Below are positions 40,783 to 54,310 of a stretch of DNA of 64,000 nt, piece after piece. Origin of the DNA: Cycas panzhihuaensis (lineage: Eukaryota; Plantae; Cycadophyta); NCBI GenBank assembly GCA_023213395.1, contig CM041465.1, positions 211,365,741-211,429,740 on the forward strand, in the 5' to 3' direction. Position numbers and translations under genes: made by a program. The notes beneath the pieces were generated by a model, which was given only the letters and a program-made list of their open reading frames with translations, searched no databases and had not been told where the DNA came from. Within the stretch, counting starts at the first letter, position 1. Each line of letters starts with the position of its first letter.

Positions 40783-43331
40783 CTTTAATCTCTTAATTTT
40801 AGCACCCAATCACAAGCGTAGGCAAGATTGAAGAGAAGCTTATCCTTACCGTTGAGGCTTCAATGATATTAGAAAACTAATAATTCCTAAGCTTTGGCAT
40901 TCTGCTTCCCCCAACCACGTATAAGCCATCCGACGCCGAGAAAATCCACCTTCATTAACCTAGATTCCCATATTAGCTCCTTAAGTTGCCCATTTTAACC
41001 GATCCATTCACGGTGGACACCGCTCCTCAACCTCTCTACATTATCTATTGCATCCAAATGTTGGCCCCTCTCCTTAGTGTTTCACCCTTGGTCATTTCTC
41101 CATCGATCGCTCAACTACTATTACTTGTGTCTGCCATTTGCATATTCACGGTGGCATTTTTTAAATCTCTCAATCCTATTTTTATTGTACATTCAATCCT
41201 ATTTTTTCCGTGGTGTCGCCCGCTTATTCGTATGCAACACCATAACTATTTTTTATGTTTATATTTTTTATAAAGTTTAAAAAAATTAAATTATATTATA
41301 TAAAATTTTCAATTCTAAGTTTTTAAGGCTTAAGCCCCCTCACCAGATTAGCCCCAGTCACTTGACTCACGTGACCTTTAGTTCTTTTGCTAAAGGGACC
41401 AACATAAAGGTTATCAAGTTTTTTCCTTTTATTTTTTTTTATTTTTCATTACACATAGGGTACCTAGCTAAGTTTTACCATAACTTTTGACTAGAGTACT
41501 GATTTCGGACGAAATGTATCCTATTATATCTAAAATTTTCTGAGGTATAATTTTGACTAGTCATATGCCATATTTAGAGCTGATTTGACCTATTTTCAAT
41601 TAGTTTAAAGTTGATCATTCATTTTTAAAGCTTTTTGAATTATTTTCATAAAATCTTTCTTTTATCAGATTATATTTTATCATCAGGAGATTATTTTTTA
41701 CTTGGATCTACTCTACAACCATCTATTTTTAGTGAACTTTATCACTCTACTCATTTTATTTTTTAGCATTTGTTTTAATCATTATTTTAATCAGTGAAAG
41801 TGTCACTTTAGTGTTTTTTACCATATTTACATAAAACTACTATTTATATTTTCAACTATATCTCCTCACCGAAATCAAATTTCCAAACCGTAAGATTTGT
41901 TGGAATCTTTATTCGAGCACTACTTCTTAAAGGTATGCTTTATTTAGCTTGAATCAATATCTTTCAAGTTTAAGTAGGTCAAAGTTGACTTTATTTTCAC
42001 GCATCTTATTAACCTTAACATGACACCTTTTACAATTTCTTTAATGTCTTGAGCTTCATAGATCAAAACCGAGTAATCGCTTTGATTCTAGTAAAAGATA
42101 TTTTAGTGATCTACAATTTCAAGTTGGTTTTATTACTTTTTGAGTCTATTTTGTAGGTGATCTAAGCCCTTAAAGTTGAGGTACATAATAGCCTCTAATT
42201 TATCATTATTACACATTTTTTATATATTATTTCTCAAGTTTTAATCGAAAAGTATATTAAGCTACTCTACACTATATTTGATTATTTTACATTATTTTAC
42301 AAATTTCTTACCAAGATTTTCATAATATTTTGAGCTCCGTGCTTCCGTAAACCTCAAAAGGAGAACTATATCTTTGGTACATTAAATCTTAACTTGTAGG
42401 AATCATTCTCAAAACGGTAAATTTTGTTGAATATATATTTTATTTATTTTCAAATTGGTGTAATTTCACCTTATTCTGACATTGTTTAGTATAGATTTGA
42501 ACCGATCAATTTGAGCATTCAAGATATCCGATCGTGCTTGTCTTCTAAACCCTTTTTAAGGAGTACTTTATTTTATTTCTTATTGATAACTTATAATACA
42601 TGTTTAAGGATTGTATTTAACTTTCATATAGCCACTTTTAAAGTCGATTTGTAGTAGAAATTACTCATATACATATAAAGCAAGTGATAAGCCAATTAGA
42701 CATACAACTCAAAATGGGTACAATTCATGTTTTTTTTTGTTAAGTTTCTTCTTTATATTCCTTATCTTTCAAAGTGAAAATATACTTATATATTTCATAT
42801 TTTCAAGATTATATATCATCATCAAGATAAAATATTTCTTGCATTAAAAAATCATTTCCTTACTCAAGTTTATAGTTATTTATTTGAAAAATCACAAGCT
42901 TAAGGATTCTTTATTTTTATTATCAAAAGTCTTATTTCAGATTTGCATAGTTAAAAGGATCTTAGTTATATTTAAAATTTGCTCATATATTCATTATATT
43001 TCTAAGTTTATCCGAAATTATATCTTATAAGTTTGTTATTTCTTCGAAAGACATATACTTATTGAAAGCATTTTTCCATTTATTATTATTAAAAATTTAT
43101 TTTTTATTGCACTTATAAAAGTTGCATCTAGTTGATTTATTTTCTAAAGGCATCTTTCATTTTTAAAGGCATTGTGATTACTTACATAGTTCTTTCAAAT
43201 AGTATATTTGAAATTATAAGTTTATTGATTTATTGAGTTCTTTGATTCCTTCTAAAAGTATATATTTTGATTGAGAGGTACAAAAGTTTATTTATAAACT
43301 ATATTTTTTATGTACTAAAGTTTTCTATAAA

Positions 43332-43770
43332 ATGGAAATTAATCTAAATAAAATATAATTTCCTATATTTGATGGCCAAAATTTTTCACAATAGCATAAA
43401 GCAATGCAAAATTATTTTATTACAAATGATCTTTAGAAATACTTACAAAATGAATATGATCTTAATATTAAAGAAATTTTAAAAAGGACAATGAAGTCTT
43501 AGGGATATTATTTTGCATTATAGATGATAATGTGTTTTCTAAAGTTTATGAAATGACAACCTTCAAAATTGTATGGGATACCTTACATTCCATTTATTGG
43601 GGAAACCCTCAATATAAATGAATTTAATATTGATATTATTGAGCATGTGAGACATGCGAGCAAGTGGATTGTGATGAAAAGACCAAGGAATAAAATTCAA
43701 GTCAAATACATGATCATCTTATTGCACAAGAAGTTGATCTTCCATTTGAAGGGGAGAAATCTGATGATAT
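43332..43770 (+). mobile_element. Truncated copia gag N-terminus; no pol follows before the PPT at 44033-44042
   Basis: PIFDGQNFSQ*HKAMQNYFITNDL*...KKDNEVLGILFCIIDDNVFSKVYEMTT, a UBN2-type gag. Confidence 0.8.
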
Positions 43771-44989
43771 GATAGTCACTCACAACACAAAGATTTCAAA
43801 AGACAAAGTTAAAGTTCCGAACATAAAGTCAAAGTTACTGACCATTCACCTTCATTTGAATGAAGCTACATTTACTTAGAGATTTTTGAACTACTCAATG
43901 GTAAAAGACACATATTGCTAAAAGATGAAGTGAGTCAATAGTGATCAAGCTAAAAGATAAATTTTCAAAGTTTTTCTCAAGTTCAAATTTAACAAGTTTA
44001 AAGAGAAGATAAAGTTATTCGTGATGACCATTAAGGGGAGAATATTGGGGTCAATGATCATCACCCTACTCCCACCTTTCACAGAGGAGTACACACCCCA
44101 CTTCCACCAATTTACACATATGAGTGCTCACATGTAAAAGTAAGTGTAAGGTAAGGTTAAGTTTATTTGAGTTAAAGAAGCTCGATACCGGATGAAGGAA
44201 AATAAAACCATGATGGAGACCGGATAAAGTATAATCACATAGTCAAAACATTGTTACATAAACATATAAATCTTTTGAATTCAATCCATGATAAGTGAGT
44301 ACATAGCAAATCTCCAAGTGTAAGCAAAGGTCTAAATACACTAGGTTGCACACCCCTACAAATATATAATTTAGAGGATGAGAGAAACTTCTCAACCCTT
44401 AGAATTCAAACAATAATAAAATATTACATAACTCAACTCAAATCAACTTAACTCAAATTAACTTTAACCTTACCTTATACTTACCATTATATGTGAGCAC
44501 ATACATATGTAAATTGATGGGAGTGGGGTGTGCATTCTTGGGTGAAAGGTGGGATGATGATCATTAACCCCAATAACACCTTTGTAAAATAGGTTAAATA
44601 TGATGAGGTACATATATTTAGATACCTTAGTAAAATATATATGAACTTTAAATTCTTAAAATATGAGATTTGAAAATGTGGGTAATAGCCTTCCTTCAAC
44701 TTAGAATCAAATAGCATAAATATTGTGCTTTTCAAATAACTTAGGTAAAACACAAATGGCTCAACTTGAAGCCTAAACCAAGTCTATATAGTGTTTAAGA
44801 TAGATACGAAAATCTAGGATTAACAAAACTAAAGCATGGGCCGACAAATAAGCCAAATGAACACCCTTCTATACATGAAATGAAGGCTATAGACCCTTTA
44901 AATGGATTGATTCTAAGATATAAAATAGACATTGGAGTCCAAGATATGAAATAAATACACACTATGTCAACATAGATAGAGAAATAAAG

Positions 44990-45043
<54 letters not shown>

Positions 45044-45399
45044 TCTCCCAATATCCCACACACATAGTAGATATGGAAATATATTAGATTTCTTGATCTT
45101 CAATACACTAGTAGATGCAAAAATATATTAGATCTCTTAATCTCTCATACATATAGCAAATATAGATCAACCCGGATGTAAGAAGACTAGCATGTAAGGA
45201 GAGCAAGGATGCCATTAAATTTTTGATACATACAAGTATAAATTATTCTTCTTCCATGAAAATGTCAAATATTCAAAGTGACAAAACTTCAAAGAAATAA
45301 AATAAAATGTAGTAATCCTAGTAACCTATGAATCATCTAATACACATAATTCATACACATGAATGGACCTATAGAGGAAGATGTAGGCATAGATAAGAA

Positions 45400-46300
45400 T
45401 ATTCTCGGATAATAGTTGCAATGAGACTAAGACTTCAATGTTCTAATAATGTCTTTAGTACCAAATATTGGTGTCGAAAAAGAAAAGAGTAAATCACACA
45501 CAACACAAGAAATAGAAGAAGGAGAACAAATAACTAAGAATGGAAGTGATACTAATGAATAACAAGGTCAATGACCTTCCGAAATATATATAGCGACTAT
45601 GAGGTTATTAACTTACACCTTAAGGTCAAATGTTAAGCATGTGCTTCCTTCAATAAATAATTATGATATATAGTTGTCAATATAGATTTAGGTATAACCT
45701 CAACATAGCCATTATCTCAACACCATATTCAACCTTGATGAGCTCCTTTCTCTTGAACAAAGAGAGCTCTTGTTTCATTATCCCCTTTTCATCATAATAG
45801 AAACCCCAAATTACATTCTTAGGAAAATAATTATTGATTCAAGGTCTTCTATCAACCCCATATTGGCTAAAATACTCTAAGAATTCGGCATTTGCATCTT
45901 CAAACCCATCCAATGGAAGTTTTAAGGATATAATGAGACCCTTAGATCCCCATGTGGATAGTTACCATCTAACTCACTCTTGAGGATAAAACTCTCCTTA
46001 TAGATATCATTATCCTTAAATTCTAACATGGGCTATAATTTGCTTTTTGGAAGATCATGGTTGATCCATATAGGATTTATTTACTTGTCCCATTGGGATT
46101 AACTTAAATTTATCAATAATGGGTAGGTTTACTTGTCCAACCAACTACACATGTCATTTTTAAAGAAGACAAAGTTATTTTCCTTTTATTTCAAGATGAA
46201 AGGTCAAATTTTGATTAGGACCTAATCCTTCCCAAGTTGGGTCGACCTATTTGAATCTTATTAGCAATTAGCATTATGAGTTATGTGGGTATTCTTAGTA
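45400..46300 (+). mobile_element. Gypsy (Tat-like) protease remnant
   Basis: IIIDSRSSIN at ~45830 and YNLLFGRSWL at ~46035 (consensus YNLLLGRPWI). Confidence 0.6.
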
Positions 46301-48369
46301 ACCTAGAATCGATGATGTTGAAGCATAAGTATGTATAATACACATGTTTGGATATGCTCAAAAGTTTATTAGTCCTATGGTCATGCAAATCTCCTCTCCC
46401 TTAACTTCCCTAATATTTGAATTAGGTTCAAATTCTTTATACTTATGTGATGAGCCACTATAATGTGACTCATCTCCATATCTAACTTAGGAGGCATTTA
46501 GTCCTTCTTTATAACAAATAACCCATTTGATTAAGCACCGCTTTACAAGTACAAAGCATTAATGCCATGATAATTTTTAAAATAATCTCTAAGATTCATG
46601 GATTAGTCATCTAAGAATAGATTTAACCCTCTTTTGAGACCCCAACTAGAGTCAAAATTATTTAGGGCATGGGTTATTTTGAAAATGATGAAGCACTACT
46701 TGAACACCTAATTGGAAGAGCCCCAAACTCCTCGTAATCAACTCTAGAGTGTTGAAACCTTAAAACTAACCTAATTCCAATGTTGGTAATCTCAAGTAAA
46801 ATGAATTGAAATTTCATGAGAACCATATTTTATAATCAATTTTCTTAATCTTTGTGAGATTAAAAGATTTATTAGAGGACTCCATTAGCTTTATAATTGT
46901 GTTATTATCCATGTGCGGGTTTTAGAATAATGAAAGAATTAATTAGCAACATATATACCCAAGCTAAAAGAACTCATAAAAGTTCTATAAATGTACATAA
47001 GTTACTATTTAAAATATTTGTAGGAGAATCAATCCGAACATGCTTAAATTTATAGCCTAAAGGCTCCATTTTAAGCCATGAGCTTGTATTTTCTAGTCAT
47101 ACATGCTTTTCTTGCTAATATTATCATAGTAACTACATGCATTAGGTCATATAAAAGCTCCCCTAAAGTTCCCTTCCTTCCACATAAATGTTTTTATAGT
47201 TAAGTGACTTAGTTTTGAGCCTCAATCTCACACTTGTTAACTAGATTTACATCCTAAATTGATTATTATACTTTAACCCCTAGGTTAACTTTCTTTCCAA
47301 TAATTTCTTTGGCTATTTACTCTTTCTTTGAAGCAACATTTTACCATTAACTTGCCAACATTTGAGGTGACTTCTATAATTAGCCTAATTAACAAAATTA
47401 GACATTAAAGAATATTAATGAAGGATGACATCCATTAGTCACATCCCTTTATACAAATAATATAAATATGGATCACATTATAACATGTTATCATCGGTTA
47501 AATAATATATTAAGAATAATATATCATTAGATATTTTTGGGGTCTTTTACTAAACTACCTTCCTATCTTCCGGGAAACCGCCTTAGACTCTAGTTATAGT
47601 GGTTAATAAGTCATCCTTTGTTCGGGGTTAATAATATTAAATCAAGTAAGTATACATGTTTAGTCCCTCCTTGGGCCAAATTAAGTTATGAACCTAATAG
47701 TTAAGCAATCCTTGAGATCTAACATAGTTTATCAAAAGCACTATCCTTGTATCTTTGCATTATATTAGGTGATGATTAATATCTAACCATTGTGTAGAAA
47801 ATCATGACTTATAGCTACAATAACACTTCAACCATTAGATATTTAATAATAAAATCCCATATAATCTATGGACAACTATGTAATATTATGATTTTTATGT
47901 CATCACTTCAACTATCTATGAAGTTCTTTATATAATTCACCAACATCTCCCTAAGTAGATTGTGTTGTTACATCACCAATGTCACCATTACATTAGCCAC
48001 CTTTATATTTAATAGTGTATAAAATCATTGCATAATATATAGTGTGTTGCTATCACAATTATTAATCTTATTATTATATAGTACATTAAGTTATCCTAGT
48101 ATATAATTTAGATACATCATTTTATATAGTTGTCTTATAGTTATATATCATATATCATATTATATATTAGATCATATTACATTAGTTTATATATATATAT
48201 ATATATATTAGAAAAGAGAGAGAGAGAGAGAGAGATTAGCAATACCATCAAAACTACAAAAGAAAAAAAAAAGAAATTCATAGTCATTTGACAAATACCA
48301 ATCCTACAACTACTCATAATTATAATCTATCTATAATCAAGTAGTAAATCAATGTATCAATTACATAAC

Positions 48370-51300
48370 GAAATAATGGACCCACTTGTATATGATTATA
48401 GAAAAAATGGATATAGAAAAATTACAAGAGGAAGTAGTGAAAACAAAAAGAAGATGTTAGGAATCAAATCCAGTTTGGAAGAAATGAGAATAATTATTAA
48501 AAATTAACTATGAAAAATAAAATTCATATAAATAATGAAAAGATAAAAGCTCATTCTTTTTTCAAGTACATATTTAACGATCCATGATAACAAAAAGGCA
48601 ATTATTAAATACATGGAGAAATGGAATCATTTATATGCATCACTAAGAAAAATTTGGACAAAGGTTGACTATATCATTGCATGACTTCAAAATGCAATAA
48701 GCCTACAACTCAAAGCAGAAGGAAGAGAAATCAACATTCCATAGCTTGGTGGATTAAAGTATACTATTTATGAATTATTACAAAAGTTAGAGATATATTT
48801 TTATTATAATATATTAAGGATGACAAGGAAAGAATACTATATGTTGTCATATATGTATCTAGAAGAGCATATAATTGGTGGTTGATGTGGATACAATAGT
48901 AAGATGAAAGTGGACATGCGAGATCTTGGAAACAATTCTCCATAGAAATCAAATAATATTTTGAATATACATGGGATAATAATTATTTTTCTTAACTAAG
49001 TAAACTACAATAAAAAGGAATAGTAAAAGAATACTATTAAAAATTTACTAGGTTAGTTTACAAAGTGATTGACCTATCATTACCTCAAAAGTTGAATTAT
49101 TCATATCAAGCCTACAACATGATATTAAAATTGATGTGAAGGCATAAAAACCTTAAGAACTTAGCAAGGCAACTTGTTTAGCTAGCTTTTGAGTTAAAAT
49201 AAAAATCCCATTACATCCACCAATGTTAAGAAATAATAGATCTCTTTAACCCAACATGATAATAACCAAAGGAATAATCAATGAGAATAATTTATATCCT
49301 TAAAAAAGAAATAATCCACTAAACAACCCATGAAGATATCCCCAATTGATAGAAAAGAAATAGAAGAATACTAATGTAAAGGTACTTGTTATTAGTGTAA
49401 TGAAAAAAAGGTACAAAGGGCACAAATGTCAAGAATAGAGATTATACTCATTAGTTATTACTAATGAAGATTAAACATAGGAAATATCTAAAGTAGTAAA
49501 GGAAGAAGTTCATGTAGATAATGATCAATAATTTGAAGAAGAACCAATAATGTCTTTAGTAATAATGTTAGGAATAATAAGACCTAAAATTCTAAAAATA
49601 AAAGGATTAATATAAAAAAGGGATTTTTATTTATTCTAAATGATTAAGGAAGTGCCCATAATTTTATCAATTACCATATCACCCATAATTTAGAATTATA
49701 AATTATAAAAATACCTACCTTCCAAGTTCAAGTTAGTAATCATAAACAAATACAGGATGAAGATATCTTAAAAATCTTAAGATCTCTTTCAATGATTATA
49801 CCTTAGAGCTTATTTTCATATTATTAAAGTTAGAGGATTTGTTGTAGTATTAGAGTCAATGGTTAAAAACCTTAGGCACCTATGAAATAAATTTATGAAA
49901 AATATTTATCGATATAAAGAAGATGATAAAATCATCATATTATAGGAATGTTGACTCATGATCCTCAATAGGTAACTTTGTATTAGATGAATAAATTACT
50001 CTATAAGGAATATCTATGGTGTATGGTAAAGTTATTCTCAACTAAAATAGAAAATAATAAATAAGAACATATAGATAATCAAATGAAAAATTTGATCGAT
50101 TAACGAAACTATATTCCAAGAACTCTAGTCACCTCACCTCCGATTGTAGTATGGAACATATAATTGAATTAGAAAAATAATATAAGTCTTATCATAATTA
50201 AACCATGTTTACATTCTTATAACCATAAGAATGAAATTAAATCTAGAATTCATGAGCTATTGGAACTTGGAGTAATTACATTAATTAAAATCCCTTTTAT
50301 TGCTCTTGTATTATTGATAAGAAAAAGATGACTTTTCTAAATGTGCATTGATTATCATGGTCTCAATAAAATTACCATAAAATATAGATTTTCCATACCA
50401 TGAATTGATGAGTTCTCGATGAATTACATGGTGCTTAATACTTCATAAAACTAGATGTTACATCAAGTTATTATCAAATTAAGATAAGAGAAGAAGATAC
50501 ACACAAAACAACATTTTGTACACATGAAGGATATTATGAATTTAAAATAGTGACATTTGATTTATGTAATGCACTTGCTACCTTCCATGTAATGATATAA
50601 AGTTTTTCACTTTTTAAGAAAAATTATATTGGTGTTTTTATGATATACTTATTTACAGAAAGATTGGGAAGATCATCTCATCTATGTAGATAAAGCTCTT
50701 GACACATTACAAAAATAAAAATTTTGTAAAAAAACTTAAATGTAGCTTCAAGAAATAATAAATAGATTATTTAGGACATATTATCTCTAAAAATATAGTC
50801 GAGGTAATCTAGATAAAATCAAAGCTATAATAGAATGGCTTATTCCATATACCATTAAAATATTAAGAGGATTCATAGGACTTCTTGAATATTATCATCA
50901 ATTTATTAAAAATGCATGCATATTACTACTAACCTAACCAATCTTCTTAAAAGAAATCTTTTGTATAGAATGATGCAAAACAATTATATTTTAAAAATCT
51001 TAAACTAATTATGACAACCTCATCCTTACTAGTAATTATATATTTCGAAAAACCTTCACCATGCAATGGGATGCAATAAGAGTAGGTATTAGGTCTATCT
51101 TAATACAAGAAGGCTAACCTATTATCTATGAAAGTCGATGATTAAATGATCAAGAAAAATTTTAATCTACTTATGATAAGGAAATATTTATTATTATGCA
51201 TGCCTTATATAAATGGCAATAATATTTATTGGGTAGTAAATTCCTAGTAAAATAGACCATAATAACCTTTAATATTTTTGAAACAACAAGATTTATCAAC

Positions 51301-51887
51301 TAAACTATAGAAATGTGTCACTCAATTACAAATATATGATTTTAAAATTGTTATAAAAGGAAAGAACAAATGTGGTGGTTGATGTATTATCACATCGAGA
51401 TGAAGGAATCTAAGTTTAAGTTATTAATATGATCAATCTTGGGTGGTTAGATGATATAAGGGTTGGGTATGATAAGGATTTTAATATAAGACAATTAATT
51501 ATTAAAATCTAAAAAGAACATCAAGGGAAATATGAATGGAAAAATAATATTTGATAGTATAAGGGTTAAATTTATCTTAGAGAAAAATCAAAATTTAAAT
51601 AAAAGATTTTGAAAGGAGGATATATAGTACCTACAATAGTGCATACAAGATTTTATAAAACTTATCATTAAATATGACAATCATTTTTTGAAAAGGTATA
51701 AAAATAAAATACAAAAATTTATTAGCAAATTTAAAGTATATCAAACTTCCAAATATGAAAATATTCTTCAATTAGGATTGTTACAACCATTATCAATTCT
51801 ACATAGAAAATAGAAAAGTATAAGTATAGATCTTATTACAACATTACCAAGTTTAAATGATAAATATTGTATTTATGTAGTAGTATA
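48370..51887 (+). mobile_element. Extremely AT-drifted Ty3/gypsy gag-pol (chromovirus-like), truncated in the integrase
   Basis: Knuckle CY*CNEK..GHKC, GSAHNFI, MCIDYHGLNKITIK, DELHGA*YFIKLD, KTTFCTHEGYYEF, YDILIY, YLGHII, STYDKE, GLLQPLSI. Confidence 0.92.
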
Positions 51888-52699
51888 TTAGAATAATTCT
51901 CATATTATGAATCATATCTTCCTTAGAGAGATTACGCATTAAGTTGATAACCTAGATTGGTGGAGATGTTGTGGTGGTAGCATGTAAGGTATTTGTTAAT
52001 GCCAATCAATGGTAGACTTTAAGAGGTGTGAAAATCCCTCTCAATACTACTTATTTATTCATGGGGTTTGATAGCCCTAGTGTTTATTAATGCCACCATT
52101 CTCATGGATTGGTGGTTCTTCCTTTCTTACATTGTCCTTATACTCGTTTGTTTCCTAATTCCATCTTTTGATATGAAAACCACCTTCCCCGGTTGTTGAG
52201 CTATCATTCATGCATCCAAGAGCCATAATGTAGGTGTTAAACTACAATGACTTTATGAGAGTCGGTTTCATTCATTCCTCTTGATCTAATATTTTAGTTT
52301 ATATATTCATCCTCATCATGTATTGGTTGATCATATTTATCTTTCATACTAATTATATGTGGGTTATCTATGAGGTTGTGTTTGATCTATCTCTACTTTA
52401 GAATAACTCATTAGAGCATTATGAAGTTCCATCAACTCTATTAAATTTAATTTGTAGAGTTAATTTCTATTTTGTTTGTGTCATTCACTCTCATTTAGAC
52501 TTGTTCATTTCTATTTAGTTTTGTTTAGTTAGTTTATTGTTGGAACCCGCCTATAAAAAATAATTTCATCTATGTAACTTTATCATTATGATCAAGCATA
52601 GTCTATATTTTGAAGAAGCCATTCTCTTATACCTATAACTATAATCATATTTGTTGTCATATCAAGACTTTATCTACTATAGAGTTACTCGCTATTGAG

Positions 52700-54310
52700 A
52701 TTGTCAACGCCTTCCATTATCAAGCTCTAAAGTCTCTTTGCCCTTATCATGGTTCACAAGATTTTTCCACTTGCATTTGCATTGTTTTACGCCTCTTCTA
52801 AACCCCTTCTCCTTCATCATTCTAACAATGATCTCTTAAAGGGTCTTGTTCCTTTTGGTTGAGTAAAATCTTTTCCAACCCCACGATCACTACCCTCCTT
52901 TTGTGGCTAATTTGGTATCATTTGCAACTCTTTCTCCCATCGAATGAAGCATGTAAAATGATATCAATAGTTGCTAGAGTTTGTGCATAAAAAAAATTCA
53001 CTTTTGGAGTGTGTCCTCTACTACATTAGTGTATTAATCGCCGCCTTTTCCAAAGACATTATATAGAGTATAGAGAAATGCAAACATTTATGCCTTGTTT
53101 AATGTAATCTAAGCATAATTACAAATATTTGTAAACTTTATAAAAATATAAGTATTTATGTCTCTCTTCGCAAACATATGTAAATATTCATCATTATTGA
53201 TCAATATCACCATTACCCCATTGTTGTTTGCTTTGTCATCTATTCCAAAGAAAAGTTTGGATGTAAATATATTGCATAGACTTTATAATTTTTTTGCTCG
53301 CATTATGCCCTTGTCTTTATTCGCCACTACTCCCGCTCATATTTGAATGCTTAAATATTTGATTCATAAGAAATATTTTTTACTCAATCTTTATCATGTT
53401 ATTTTTTCTAACTACATCTTTATATAACACTTGATTCTACAATTTTCACATTACTTTTGATGGCTACATTTTACATCCTATACATTTACATCTTTTGTGA
53501 TATCTTTTAATTTTTGATATTGGCATCAACATTTACATTAAGTTTGCCTATTTTTAGTGAAGGTATTCACATATTTGCTTGTATTGCTAAGTTAGATGTA
53601 GATATAAACCCAATTTAATTAAATATATTCTCTTCTCGTAATAAGAGCCCTTCAAAGGCTATGAAGTCTATTTTTGAATAATTGTCATGTAGTTTAGAGA
53701 TAAAGAGTTATATTCTATAGGTAAGATGTTTATGATGCTAGAGATTAAATCATGATCCGAAAGTGACTCTAAGGATTATCAATTGGTTCTTAATGGTTTT
53801 AACTTCATCAAGTAGTTTATAACATTGCCAATAAAATGCATTGTAAATAGGTGTGCTTTAAGTGTTAGGGATCTAAATCCATCCTTTCTCTCATAGAGGA
53901 CACACAATATGGTCCATGCCTAATGAGATATTTGGGTTGTTTCAATATTTTGGTCCATTTGATTTTCAACATCTAAGTGGAGGAAGGGTAGGACAACATT
54001 ATCCTTAACTTTGAAGTTAGCTATGACTATAGGATCTAGAGAAATTATGATGGTAGGATCATTGGGATCTTTTATTGGTATAAGTAGGGGTATATCTCTA
54101 TTTACATATACCCAAAAGCCATTCATTATAAGTAAGTTTTTAACTTATTTTTTCCATGGTATAAAGTTGTTAATATCATTTAGTTTAATTATGTTAGAGA
54201 GTAGCATTTGTGATGTTATTTTTATTTTTGAGTTTTATTTTGTTTTGTGTCTTTAAGGTTTTGTATTTATGAACTAATCTACCTAAGGGGATACTAATAT
54301 AGAATTCTAA
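52700..54310 (-). mobile_element. Copia gag remnant
   Basis: MNGFWVYVN...KVKDNVVL...TTQISH*AWTIL; reverse-complement PBS-like gatacta at 54291. Confidence 0.65.

Larger units (their letters stand above)
37682..44575 (-). mobile_element. Non-autonomous copia-derived LTR element with inverted interior and host-gene cargo
   Basis: Outer minus-strand LTRs 37682-38045 and 44193-44575; TSD acact/acacc; reverse-complement PPT at 38046 and PBS at ~44177-44189. Interior 38366-44174 is a plus-strand partial LTR-PBS-internal-PPT-partial LTR. Confidence 0.8.
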
